The position numbers and the translations under genes were made by a program. The notes under the pieces were generated by a model. That model saw only the letters and a program-made list of their open reading frames with translations, was not told the origin of the DNA and made no database searches. A DNA stretch of 64,000 nt. Origin: an uncultured Gammaproteobacteria bacterium (lineage in GTDB: Bacteria; Patescibacteriota; Patescibacteriia; Magasanikbacterales; GWA2-37-8). How positions within the stretch are numbered: position 1 is the first letter of the stretch; the number at the start of each line of letters is the position of its first letter. Positions 49,701-58,900 of this stretch are shown piece after piece. Location of the stretch: positions 304,523 to 368,522 of the forward strand of contig CAYHBZ010000001.1 of the NCBI GenBank assembly GCA_964355175.1, given 5' to 3'.

Positions 49701-51705
49701 CAGCGCTGGCATTTTTTACCAATCTAAAAGCACTACAACCGGCGGCTGAAGCATCACAGCTAGAAACTTTGTTATTTAAATAAATACCTTTGTTGGAAAT
49801 ATCAGTATAAGGAGCACTAAGCGCGGTAGATGTTGTCCAGCCAGCATTATTTTGATTCAAACTATACGCGCTACAACCAACATCATTTTGTTCACAACTG
49901 CCGGTATCTAAAGTGCGATACAAATAACCAACCTGCTCACCCTGACTATTGGTAAATGAGCGGCAAGTAGCATATTTTGGTTCACATTTTTGACCTTCCT
50001 CAAACTTCCAGACATTTTTTTCACGCACACAGTTGCCATAGCCTATACAATGACCGGTGCTGTCGCGACCCACGCAGGTTTTGATATCCATACATTCCTC
50101 TAAACGATCCGGCACATCCGCACCTACCGGAGTTGTGCCATACCCCAGAGCATCACAACGAGTTTGTTCTAATTTTACTACCCAATTTGGATCTACCAAA
50201 TGACAATATGGGAAATTGGTCGGATCATCATTTACGCTAAGCACATTGCCTTGTGCGTCTTTTACATAACTACATTTATAAAAACTTTTCACTACCTCTT
50301 CTAGAGTGGCGGGATTATCCGGATCACTGCGTTTGGCTGCAATCTCCATGCCTAATGGGAAAATACCAAGCTGGCGCAACACCGCGATATTGCTATAGCA
50401 ATAATTATTATCTTTATCAAAACAACGTGGGTCCTGATTGGCCGTAACATTGGTCGGTGGAATCAATTTGGAGGTAGGGTGTAAAAAACCGCGCTTCATC
50501 GCCTCGGCGATGGTGAGAGGATCTCCATGTTTGGCTTCTTGGATAGCTTGGACCAAGCTATCATCAGCACGACAGTTGTATACACCATGCGAATCACAAC
50601 TATTGAGCTGGGTCAAAATATCATAATCCTCGGCCGCGGTTAATTTTGGTGTCAAAAATTCACTAAAGACAGCTTCGGCGGCGGCGCGACCGGCCAGTTC
50701 GGTACCGGCGCTGTTTGGATTCTGACCAACATTAGCAGCTGGACATTTGCCGCTACCGGTAACACCTGGAATACTCACACAGCCGGCTCCAAACGGGAGC
50801 ATTCCATTTTCTCGGAAATTTTTGAGCATCTGACTGGAGAGAGTATTCAAAAATATACTGAGGGTGGAAGGGATAATTTCATAAGCACCAGATCCCATGG
50901 CGGCGCCAATCTGAGCTTGGCTTTTATCGTTTTGTTTGTTGGGCGCATTGGCTTTCATTTCGTCAGCCGTTACTTGAGCTGGCGTTTTGATGCGGTTATC
51001 AATCAGACCGGTCACAGCTTTGAAACCGCCGCCCTCGGCACGGGTAGCTCTGGCATCATCAGTCTGCTGAGCGTAGAGACGGTCAATTTTTTCAGTAGTT
51101 TTAATATTTATACCCAAATCAGTATCATCCACTTTTAAAGAAGCGGAAAAAACTTTACTAGGGTCAATTCCATTATTATAAACACTACTCAAAGAATTAC
51201 CCCAATTAGTGGAAAAAGTTCGTAAATTACAAGCCGGCTTGGGCGGATTGGCACCATAATTATAGTTCAAACCTATTCTGAGGGCTAGATCCAACTTGAT
51301 ATCTGGCACTTTACATAGATCCAAGCCGAAAGTTTTTCCCAGACTATCGATAGCGGCACCGGCGGCGTCATTACCCACATCTTTGAGATAGCCGCCCACA
51401 CTCTTGGTATGAGCAAACGGATTCTGACCTTTGCCACCCGAAGCCAACCAGACGGCGCTGTCATAGGCCACTTTACGCATAAAATAACCGACAGCTTGTT
51501 GAGCGGCATTCATCACGGCAATTTTCCAACCATTTTTAATTGTGTCCCATATGCTTTTCGCCTGTGCCTGAACATCAGCAATAACTGAAACTGGCAACTG
51601 AGCCTGAGCCGGCTGAGCGGACAAAATAAATTCAGTAAATGAAGAAAAAACAAATAGAGTCAAAAGTATGCCGACCGCGAATTTTTTTGTTTTTCTAAAA
51701 AACAT
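43756..51705 (-). CDS. Giant (2649 aa) secreted Cys-rich protein of unknown function
   Basis: Signal peptide MFFRKTKKFAVGILLTLFVFSSFTEFILSAQPAQA. Hundreds of Cys in recurring C..C spacing, Asn/Gly/Thr-rich, with no internal stop over 7.9 kb. All + strand ORFs in the span are short antisense artefacts. Confidence 0.55.
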   Translation of the reverse strand: MFFRKTKKFAVGILLTLFVFSSFTEFILSAQPAQAQLPVSVIADVQAQAKSIWDTIKNGWKIAVMNAAQQAVGYFMRKVAYDSAVWLASGGKGQNPFAHTKSVGGYLKDVGNDAAGAAIDSLGKTFGLDLCKVPDIKLDLALRIGLNYNYGANPPKPACNLRTFSTNWGNSLSSVYNNGIDPSKVFSASLKVDDTDLGINIKTTEKIDRLYAQQTDDARATRAEGGGFKAVTGLIDNRIKTPAQVTADEMKANAPNKQNDKSQAQIGAAMGSGAYEIIPSTLSIFLNTLSSQMLKNFRENGMLPFGAGCVSIPGVTGSGKCPAANVGQNPNSAGTELAGRAAAEAVFSEFLTPKLTAAEDYDILTQLNSCDSHGVYNCRADDSLVQAIQEAKHGDPLTIAEAMKRGFLHPTSKLIPPTNVTANQDPRCFDKDNNYCYSNIAVLRQLGIFPLGMEIAAKRSDPDNPATLEEVVKSFYKCSYVKDAQGNVLSVNDDPTNFPYCHLVDPNWVVKLEQTRCDALGYGTTPVGADVPDRLEECMDIKTCVGRDSTGHCIGYGNCVREKNVWKFEEGQKCEPKYATCRSFTNSQGEQVGYLYRTLDTGSCEQNDVGCSAYSLNQNNAGWTTSTALSAPYTDISNKGIYLNNKVSSCDASAAGCSAFRLVKNASAGNAPSVSNVNTDLVYLKKAPDYLNCYDKDANSANGINWPQSLSDLIKMTPKTECDSYAKVCIASEVGCSIFKNVNDTDAPGIPGKFLAAQVDNNTVTAWNDQCDARCVGYNAYQEMPTTYSGGNPLAYIVPPSKYNNFESGKECTVADDNCTGFTNMESSQDGGEKVENFTLLRSCIKPDENKQKNFYTYEGSKVGGYQLQSYTLQKYTDGNPLTVFKDDVERNYAKQYQCNEKLYKSGTADPDCRQFNDDQGNVYYALMHTTVVVSADCAQYRLNSDEMAGPDKCFGNGEAKDGACYYYGLPGGIISHNQSSQTCAAEMVSCRAYKGNHGNNIQTIGLDASSTNPIITFETADSVSAAKGWSVNGGTVVWSNESNHAGEHSLELSGNNAVLSKSVPVSGGDVDKASDQSYDLTFWAKGTGLNASVKMSDNNGKTTDISIFSANNNWQVFKFNIKLPSSDTATLNSLIFTLNGSGSLFLDNIRLTKVSDYIYLVKNSLRVDSICDDEPADNLPGAALGCTAYTGPKNSLGDTLYYLTNFSYLCRDGAIGCTAFKDTFNKVSDAGPRAYNVFLSGIGGTKSTAVVGGKSFSCQVEQGKSGCYMNIKGFTLSEITAANINNSSLSHPQVLDSTYYVPADSTDSSTIYLVADGKSNSSCNAVDLGCTYAGKQTLTATGKIKYVTTTVKIDPNQFEDNTSDAGPKSGILCKAEAVGCDAYNSSKGTAYFKDPAVSGNKICSLRTFNDPISKQPISGWFWKGVSVCGNSTTLAVANPQTFCSSNDECSGGNICLPDLKDKQACYPDYKKNGNYFNLWSFGDTGKYKNFVGECPAEQDTCSEFIDHADKDQTYYLFDNTKLTEGDCAGQVSQKAGCALFDQTDKPTKVYDTVATYAKSDSTLGDISGNLFAVTKVNPMTTGNLDANRIISVKRDRECAEWLQCKASTDKWDDKQNKKVSQCTAIGLCDKLPSASDPNGQAANCAEFITGQSEYSNKVLTEEKYVTRDVSWKGRELVGLSILGSYPVEELWQFNIAKASDPDPDWRLLRLIPCGNDVTKCAGGSNKFGCKSATTTVSCGAQNDGVCTNGWCLQGNDGKNSDLAASSIGKACRAYPEKDSPFPNIFANNLKDSTKLNKCFENGGAVFDAGDPAAQVCDCDYAKVTFGNKSVVKYFSQKNDSSLKTVYAEDNKGVCLGGSKDDQPCSVAFDAKNPAQLPPGECEKAGGTCQIKDNKIQNLYGWKGFCLEYDKSRVIGGTKDDPQYPCMSWLPLGSIEGSVDINGSNPQSAAALPEGTKYCVAANIYRSDLGGFDRCFNTSANVYNSDSDCVFALALDDGFEESPHTICGVGFHSDYKAASGIKGCDNYDPDWCYTHCVPDEPKAYPDGTWYSNIMSSFQNTQIGCQAYVQFDSLDTKFAPWADRLWKYTKSDFKTIDVSNVDAVYKNKVNFTREATSSPFAFMNDSKTKSPNSPLYLLRSCFGTNGIFEEPLSTAMCPKGSPVGYKGFTSNNLTYDRWSLASYSSCTQDSNCNYNIVCANHGNNNTCQFKCKNSDGTGDNTKCKNAFGDTSVCNLSANSCTSSTTTPKMALDCNAANGSSNCEKNGFFCAGNCSFNGVVSSTLGCATDAACYENSCVGDQVKVCLPKNMSSKAPTSGKPLVDKIKESLSLLVQVYAKIPFGNISIFSDNKTQLYRSPTTSDKLVLTTKDLDVTNIATNYNGDAHDPSKSVPQVHPVGDCDTSGKCQEIFQDGFNINNKLPASATDHLVIDTKPYEASFKFFYNADSDHMPVRRIIIDPGTGDPSDIKKTSDGSFWNQRGYFIGGMCKAGVCNGSSVPCTMDSECNGKLLPQCTADETKAPAFGYILNQSCDLHPYTATVYYNCTGQEGAPIWHENCDVLSGVQKTKWDDAKLGGCCVYQPKVQVLDNWGWCNGTCVDSETAGTDGTSSCYDGKMQECSFYSIYTDTSENSHSNTLFKSRVVVPVNKIENP

Positions 51706-51718
51706 ATTAGGGTTTGGG

Positions 51719-52381
51719 CTATCTATTAGCAGACGAAGTGGAAATATTATTTAAATTTTGAATATTGTTGTTGGTATTATTTGGACTCATCATTTCCTGT
51801 ATCATCTGCATCAATTCAGCATCGCTATAATTATCCACGATTTCTTTTTTTACACCGGCACCTATCAACATCGCTCTGACCTGAACCGGATCTTTTATTG
51901 CCTGCTCTAGATTTGTAATCGGAGCGGTAGCCGGAGCCTGCAAATCAGCTGGCGTGGCACCGACAGTGCTGGTAGCGGAAACCTCAGTAGCTTCTAGGGC
52001 CTGTCCACAATCAGTGCCTTCGGCACACAGCGGATTGGTTTTGGTCTGTATTTCTTTGCCATCCAGGATGCTATCGCCATCGGTATCAGGCAAATAAGGA
52101 CTGGTGCCATAAACATAAAGCTCGTCAAAATCACTCAGCTCATCGCGATCGGTATCACGAAATCTCAAAGCATCCACGGTATCTACCTGATCTTTTATTG
52201 AAGCGGAAATTTCTTTGTTAAGAGCGAAGCGACTATAGATATTATTGCGAATTTGCAAAACACCCAAACCAATCGCTAAAATAGCAAAAGCCAACAGCAA
52301 GACAAAACCAATCTTCTGTTCTTTAGTTAAGATTGAGCTAATAGTTTTTTGACTGTCAGCCATAACCAGAATTAATTTCAT
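51719..52381 (-). CDS. Membrane-anchored protein with thrombospondin type 3-like Ca-binding repeats
   Basis: N-terminal TM (IGFVLLLAFAILAIGLGVL); DTDRDELSDFDE and DTDGDSILDGKE match DxDxDG-type motifs. Confidence 0.4.
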   Translation of the reverse strand: MKLILVMADSQKTISSILTKEQKIGFVLLLAFAILAIGLGVLQIRNNIYSRFALNKEISASIKDQVDTVDALRFRDTDRDELSDFDELYVYGTSPYLPDTDGDSILDGKEIQTKTNPLCAEGTDCGQALEATEVSATSTVGATPADLQAPATAPITNLEQAIKDPVQVRAMLIGAGVKKEIVDNYSDAELMQMIQEMMSPNNTNNNIQNLNNISTSSANR

Positions 52382-52406
52382 TAATTATACCACAGAAACC
52401 ACATTA

Positions 52407-53258
52407 TTATAATGTGGATATCTTTGATAGCTGCTCCCAATTAGCAACTGACAGCTCTTGCGCCCGCACTGTTTCTGAAAAGCCCATATTTTTTAGGGCT
52501 AATTGAAGTTTTTCTTTGTTTTGTTTGCCGAAATAAGGCAGAAGATTTTTTATCAACAATTTACGTTTCTGAGCAAAACCAATTTTCACCATTTGAAAAA
52601 ACTTTTTATTATATTCGGCATCAGGTCGTTTCTGATCTATTTTTATTTTTAATACGGCCGAGTCCACCTGAGGCGAGGGCCAAAAATTATTTCTATTTAC
52701 TTCCCCTACCATCTCCGCTTGGCCAAAATATTGCACTGCGATAGCCAACACTGACATATCGCCCGGCTTGGAACAAATACGCTGAGCCACTTCTTTTTGT
52801 ACCATTAGGGTCATCTCTTTTGGTTTATTGGATAAATCTTCCAAAAATAGCTTCAGAACCGGCGAAGTGATTTGATATGGCAAATTGGCCACCACTTTAT
52901 AATTTTTGGGAAATATTTTCGGATCGGCGCGCAGGACATTGCCCCAAATAATTTCAAAATTATCTTCTTGGCTTTGGGCCAAACGCGAGCTGATTTCTTG
53001 CCAATACGCCTCAAGTTTTTTTTCAATTTCAAAAGCCAGCAATTTTTTTACTTTCGCGGCCAGATCCAAAGTAAGGATGCCAAAACCAGGACCGACTTCG
53101 ATCACGGTATCTTTTTTATTTACTCCGCTCACAGCAATGATCATATCAATGACCTCCGGATTGATTAGATAATTTTGACCGTATTCTTTGGATGGTCGCA
53201 GCTGAAATTTCGCACAAAGATGTTTGAGATAATCAACATTAAAAAGTTTTTCATTCAT
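52407..53258 (-). CDS. rsmA: 16S rRNA (adenine1518-N6/adenine1519-N6)-dimethyltransferase
   Basis: GQNYLINPEVI, VIEVGPGFGILT (SAM motif), NLPYQITSP. Confidence 0.85.
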   Translation of the reverse strand: MNEKLFNVDYLKHLCAKFQLRPSKEYGQNYLINPEVIDMIIAVSGVNKKDTVIEVGPGFGILTLDLAAKVKKLLAFEIEKKLEAYWQEISSRLAQSQEDNFEIIWGNVLRADPKIFPKNYKVVANLPYQITSPVLKLFLEDLSNKPKEMTLMVQKEVAQRICSKPGDMSVLAIAVQYFGQAEMVGEVNRNNFWPSPQVDSAVLKIKIDQKRPDAEYNKKFFQMVKIGFAQKRKLLIKNLLPYFGKQNKEKLQLALKNMGFSETVRAQELSVANWEQLSKISTL

Positions 53259-53259
53259 A

Positions 53260-53862
53260 TTATATTTGTACTTCCAAACCGCCTTGTCTTAACATTTTTA
53301 TTTTATTCCCGACAGCCGATACGATAGTGGTGTGAGGATTATGAGGCAATTCGCCATAATCCAAAATAATATCCGGTTGCTCCGATAGGGATTTAAATAT
53401 TTCATAAAACTCAGCGGCGGAATAACAGCTAGGCTGACCAGCTAAATTGGCGGAAGTGGCGACAAGCGGTCTTTGGATTTTTTCCGTAATTGATTTTATC
53501 AGCGGATAATCGGATACGCGTATGGCTACCGTATTATTTTTACCTACCACTCCCTTGGCCAATTTACCTAGAGCATAGTTACCTACCACGGTAATAGGAC
53601 CAGGCCAATAAGCATGGGCCAGACGATTTAAATTATAATTCCAGAGCAAATATTTTTTGGCCATTTCGATACTATTTACGGTTACTAGTAATGGCTTGTC
53701 GTCACTGCGGCCTTTGATTTTGAAAATTCTATCTACCGCCGCTTGATTGGTAGCGTCACAGCCTAGGCCGTAAGAAGTCTCAGTTGGAAAAACCAAAACT
53801 TTTCCGTTTAAAATTTCGGAAACTACTTGGGCTAGATTGCATTCTGACAGTATTTGCATATT
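53260..53862 (-). CDS. tsaC: L-threonylcarbamoyladenylate synthase (YrdC/Sua5 family)
   Basis: VLVFPTETSYGLGCDATNQAAVDRIFKIKGRSDDKPLLV is the YrdC fold signature. The start is set at the internal MQILSEC Met, abutting the prfB stop; the ORF-track start at 53943 overlaps prfB. Confidence 0.75.
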   Translation of the reverse strand, partial: NMQILSECNLAQVVSEILNGKVLVFPTETSYGLGCDATNQAAVDRIFKIKGRSDDKPLLVTVNSIEMAKKYLLWNYNLNRLAHAYWPGPITVVGNYALGKLAKGVVGKNNTVAIRVSDYPLIKSITEKIQRPLVATSANLAGQPSCYSAAEFYEIFKSLSEQPDIILDYGELPHNPHTTIVSAVGNKIKMLRQGGLEVQI

Positions 53863-54937
53863 ATTCTTTAATCCATTTGAGATAGGATTCGCACAGTGGC
53901 AATAATTCTCCTTCGAGCACGCCTTCCGGATCGGTACTTTCATAATCGGTGCGATGATCTTTTACCAGATGATACGGATGCAAGACATAACTTCTGATTT
54001 GATTCCCCCACTCAGCGCTTTTGTATTCGCCGCGTAATTCTTTGTGTTCTTTGGCGAGTTTTTCTTCTTCAATACGATACAGCTTCGCTTTGAGAATTTT
54101 CATCGCGGTTTCTTTGTTTTGGGTTTGGGAGCGTTCGTTTTGGCAGGATACGCTGATACCGGTAGGAAGATGAACGATACGCACAGCACTATAGGTGGTG
54201 TTTACACTCTGTCCACCTTTGCCACCGCTCATAAAGGTATCAATACGCAAATCTTTTGGGTCAATACTTACCTCTACTTTGTCATCCAGCTCGGGCAACA
54301 CCTCTACGAGCGCAAAGGAAGTATGTCGCATTTTTTCAGCATCAAACGGCGAAATACGCACGAGACGATGCACACCGTGTTCGGATTTGAGATAGCCAAA
54401 AGCGTAGCGTCCGGACACGCGAAAAGTAATGGATTTGTATCCGGTTTCTTGCCCGCGACTTTCATCCAATATTTCTATACGCCATTTTTGTTTTTCACAA
54501 AATCTGCTAATCATACGCAAAAGCATTTCTGTCCAATCCTGCGCTTCGGTGCCACCACTGCCGGCATGCATGGATACTATGGCGTTGGTCTGATCGTATG
54601 GCCCATTTAAAAGTAAAAATAATTCATATTCCTCAAACTTTTTTTCGAGCTGAGTAATTTGCGCCTCAATTTCTTTTTCCAGACTGGGATCTTCTGACTG
54701 GCTCAGCTCCAAAAGATCATTAGCTTGTTTTTTTATCTCATCCCATTTGTCTACTTCTCCTTTTATATTCTGATAGTCTTGACTTATAGCTTGCGCACTT
54801 TTTTGATCAGACCAAAAATCGGCGGCGTTCATCTGCTTGGCCAATTGCTCCATTTTATTTTTTAAATCCTCTAATTTTAAAAGAGTGACCGCCTCCTCAA
54901 TCTTTTTATTCAAAATCCGCAACTTTTCCAAAAGCAT
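53861..54937 (-). CDS. prfB: Peptide chain release factor 2
   Basis: SPF tripeptide (RISPFDAEKMRHTSFA) and GGQ motif (SGGKGGQSVNTT). Single uninterrupted ORF, with no +1 frameshift site. Confidence 0.9.
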   Translation of the reverse strand: MLLEKLRILNKKIEEAVTLLKLEDLKNKMEQLAKQMNAADFWSDQKSAQAISQDYQNIKGEVDKWDEIKKQANDLLELSQSEDPSLEKEIEAQITQLEKKFEEYELFLLLNGPYDQTNAIVSMHAGSGGTEAQDWTEMLLRMISRFCEKQKWRIEILDESRGQETGYKSITFRVSGRYAFGYLKSEHGVHRLVRISPFDAEKMRHTSFALVEVLPELDDKVEVSIDPKDLRIDTFMSGGKGGQSVNTTYSAVRIVHLPTGISVSCQNERSQTQNKETAMKILKAKLYRIEEEKLAKEHKELRGEYKSAEWGNQIRSYVLHPYHLVKDHRTDYESTDPEGVLEGELLPLCESYLKWIKE

Positions 54938-54938
54938 A

Positions 54939-55436
54939 TTAGAAAATCTTTACCAAACCCAGGGTAAAAGCCAAAGTAATTAGATTGGAAGCGATTACTC
55001 CAGCCAATAGATACGGCCAAGCTTTTTTGGTGGGCATACCCAAAATAAAAGCGATCAGGGCGGCCGTAATTCCACCATTGATTGGCAAGGGCAAGCTCAT
55101 AAAAATAAACAAACCCCATAGTTCATACTTTTGATATTTAGCAAATTTCTCCTGGGCGTGCAATATGGTTTTCGCCCAAGCTTTTCCAAAAAAACCGGAA
55201 TTTTGAGAGATCCAATTGTGGAATCGTTCAGCTAATAATAAAATCAAAGAAATCGGCACCATATTACCCACCGTCACTATCGCCATGGCTTCCCATGGAT
55301 TCAGATGAAAAACAACCACACCAATAGCCAAAGATACCTTTTCGGTAAAAGGCAACATGGATAGAATAAAAGTAGCAATTTCCGGAGGAAAGCCTTGGAA
55401 AAAATTGACTATATATTGAATGGTTGGATTGTTCAT
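54939..55436 (-). CDS. Small polytopic membrane protein (small multidrug-export-like / COG2426-like)
   Basis: 165 aa with 4-5 TM helices. Weak resemblance to the Sm_multidrug_ex family. Confidence 0.4.
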   Translation of the reverse strand: MNNPTIQYIVNFFQGFPPEIATFILSMLPFTEKVSLAIGVVVFHLNPWEAMAIVTVGNMVPISLILLLAERFHNWISQNSGFFGKAWAKTILHAQEKFAKYQKYELWGLFIFMSLPLPINGGITAALIAFILGMPTKKAWPYLLAGVIASNLITLAFTLGLVKIF

Positions 55437-55544
55437 AGATAATCTATAGTTTAGCCTATAAAAACTCTTTTGACAAATATTGACCTTTTATATGATATAC
55501 GACTGTGCTATGATAGAAATAATTAATTTTTAACCATATAACAT

Positions 55545-55937
55545 ATGGAACTCAATACCCTTTTGTTCCTAGTCGGACGTATCGTATTCGGCGGCTATTT
55601 CATCATGAGTGGCCTCAACCACTTTCAGCATGCGGATATGCTCAGTGGATATGCGGCCAGCAAAGGAGTAAAATCTCCAAAGATGGCGGTATACTTTAGC
55701 GGTTTACTGTTACTGGTTGGCGGCTTGGGCGTATTACTGGGCGTATGGGTACAGTTAGCAGTATTATGCCTAGTACTTTTCTTGTTGCCAGTTAGTTTTA
55801 TGATGCATGCTTTCTGGAAAATTACTGACCAAAATATGAAGATGACAGAGAGTGTCAATTTCAAAAAAAATATGGCATTACTAGGCGCGGCTTTAATGTT
55901 GCTTGCTATTTCTACTCCTTGGCCTTTGTCGCTGTAA
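55545..55937 (+). CDS. DoxX family membrane protein
   Basis: LFLVGRIVFGGYFIMSGLNHF... in a 4-TM protein of 130 aa, typical of DoxX. Confidence 0.7.
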   Translation: MELNTLLFLVGRIVFGGYFIMSGLNHFQHADMLSGYAASKGVKSPKMAVYFSGLLLLVGGLGVLLGVWVQLAVLCLVLFLLPVSFMMHAFWKITDQNMKMTESVNFKKNMALLGAALMLLAISTPWPLSL

Positions 55938-55953
55938 AATAAATAAAAATAAA

Positions 55954-55985
55954 AGCAGCCAATCAATTGGCTGCTTTTTTTCTTT
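55954..55985. terminator. Bidirectional intrinsic terminator
   Basis: agcagccaat-ca-attggctgct (10-bp stem) followed by tttttttt. It sits between doxX (+) and the converging giant gene (-). Confidence 0.55.
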
Positions 55986-55995
55986 TTTTTAATAA

Positions 55996-58900
55996 TTAAT
56001 TGATCGGTACAGACACCAAAAGATCTTTTATAAACGCGCTAATACCATCACTTATAATAACCTTCGGTTTAAATACACCCGGCGCAGAATAAGTGTGCGA
56101 TAAAGAACTGTTTATCACCGATGCCGGCGTGATTACCCCGTCGCCAAAATCCCAGGTATATGAATAATAAGGTTTATCTGATTCGTAGAGATAAACATTT
56201 TTAAAGTAAGAATCAAAGACAGCTGGACACCAGGCATTGCCGCAATAAGAAGTAAAGTACATTTCACTGTAAGCTTTGTTGGCCAATAATTTGCCTACCG
56301 GGATTTTGTAATGTTTCCATTGACCATAAGTGGTGTAATCTTTAAAACTGTTGTCTGTATTGGCAGATTCTCCGTATACAGCATTTAAAGCAATATAATT
56401 TTTCACATTCCAATCCGGGTAGCCATTGTCAAAACCAAAGCCGTGGCTCCAGCCGAGACCATTAGATTTGAAGTCCAACTCTACTATCGTACTAGAGGTG
56501 ATGGTATATGGATGATTCACCGCTTTCCACATCATCTTATTTAAATATAGCGTATCGCCATTGTCTTGCGCTTCGCCTGAACCGGAGGCGAACGATGGAA
56601 TGATGTTACGAAGGTTTAATTTACTGAAATCCAATTTAGCCAGTACTTTGGAAGCGGCTCCGCCGGCTGGTTCGGCGGTGAAACTCAGCGCCAGAGATGA
56701 AGTCCCTATAATTGGTGCAGAAAAAACACTGGCCGTAAGCGGTAAATAACCAGAGTTTATATTCACACTCTTGGTATCAATATTTTTACCATCACTCACT
56801 ATCACTTTGGCATTAAAGGTTCCGACTGAATTATAAATATGATTTATAGTATTCATAGCCGGTGAACTTTCTGTCACTACCCCGTCCCCAAAATCCCAAC
56901 TGTAGGAATAATTGGATTTGTCCGATTCATAAACATTAATATTTTTGAAATAAGAATCAAAGACAGCCGGACATGAGCTGTTGCCACAATAGGAATTAAA
57001 GTACATTTCGCTGTAGGCTTTGTTGGCTAATAATTTTCCTACTGGAATTTTGTAGTGTTTCCATTGGCCGAACTCTTTGTAATCATTGAAAGAATTATCA
57101 GTGGTAGGAGATTCGCCGTAAACCGCGCTGAGAGCTATAAAATGTTTCACATTCCAATCTGGATAACCGTTATCAAAACCAAAACCGTGACTCCAACCCT
57201 TGCCATTGGATTTGAAATCCAATTCTACCACGGTATTAGGTGTAATTGTATGAGAGTAATTTACCGCTTTCCACATCATTTTATTTAGATAAAGAGTGTG
57301 CCCATTATCTTGAACTTCGGCGGATCCAGACGCATAAGATGGTATAATGTTGCGGAGATTTAATTTGCTAAAGTCTAAAGCTAAAACCTGTTTACCGGCT
57401 CCATCAGTCGCGTTGGCAGAAAAATCCACCGCTAGCGGCGGCACCCCACTGGTAGAGCTAGCGACAATGGCGGCTTTGAGAGGCAGGTAGCCTGGGCTGA
57501 TAATTACACTTTTAGTGTCAGTATTTTTACCGTCACTCACAATAACTTTCGCGGAGAAATCACCATCTTGTAGATATTGGTGGGTAGTGGCGGCAAAGAC
57601 AACCGAACTTTGTACAGGCGTACCATCCCCAAAATCCCAACTGTAAGAATAATAAGATTTATCAGATTCGTAGACATGGACATTTTTGAAATAAGAATCA
57701 AAGACAGCCGGACATGAGCTGTTGCCACAATAGGAATTAAAGTACATTTCGCTGTAGGCTTTGTTGGCTAATAATTTTCCTACTGGAATTTTGTAGTGTT
57801 TCCATTGGCCGAACTCTTTGTAATCATTGAAAGAATTATCAGTGCTGGCAGATAAACCATATACCGAACTCAAAGAGATATAATTTTTCACATTCCAATC
57901 TGGATAACCATTATCAAAACCAAAGCCATGACTCCAGCCCTTGCCATTGGATTTGAAATCCAATTCTACCATAGTATTTGGTGTAATTGTGTATGGACTG
58001 TTTACTGCCTTCCACATCATTTTGTTTAGATATAAAGCATCACCATTATCCTGGACTTCAGCTGAACCAGAAGCGTAAGAAGGTATAATATTGCGAAGAT
58101 TTAATTTGCTAAAGTCTAATTTAGCCGGCACTTTGGAAGCAGACCCTCCGATTGTTTCAGCACTAAATTTGACTGTGACGGGCGGCACACCAATAGTAGT
58201 GTCCGCGACAAGCTGAACACTCAATGGCATTACATACACACTACTAATTGGACCGACAAAATTACCGGTTAAACTCTCATAACCACTCTTATTCACTGCG
58301 ACAACACTGTAATAATATGATCCGTTACTAGGAAAATTATTATCGGTATATTCTGTTGATGAAACATTGGCAATGTTAGCTAGCGGCATTAATCCTGCAG
58401 TACTACTAACCATCAACTGCGAACGATAAATATTGAAATGATCGAAATTGCCAACAGGATCAAGATATTTGTCCCATTTCAAAACCACCCCGTCTTTAGT
58501 AGAAGTCGCTGTAATATTATTTACACTTTGAGGAATATTAAAATCTTTAGTAAGATCAGCAGTATTGAACACCATTTGTGCGCCATACAAATAACCGCTA
58601 GACCACACGGCCATCAAATTATTTCCGTTGCCGGCCAAAGATACCGCGTCGCTATTAAAATAATTTTGACTGGCTAAATTTATATTCTGTGGCGACAGCC
58701 AACTGCCGTTCGCCAATTTGGTTGTCCAAGCTAAATTAGTTTGACCGCTATTGTTATTATAATTTTGATATACAATCTGCACCTTGCCCTGACCAGCCAG
58801 TGCCAACTTCGGATATTCAGCACTCATACCACTAATAATCGGCGACACTTCTTCATTTGACTTCCAGACCACTCCATTAAACCAGGTGTACATCACTCTG

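Noticed and set aside
53861-54937. Possible programmed +1 frameshift in prfB
   Set aside because: The ORF is continuous from Met to stop (358 aa), with no in-frame UGA near codon 25. No frameshift site is present.
56030-58250. Possible CRISPR array suggested by regular direct repeats
   Set aside because: The repeats are 738 bp, protein-coding (PKD-containing) and contiguous with no spacers. No cas genes are present. It is an intragenic tandem duplication.
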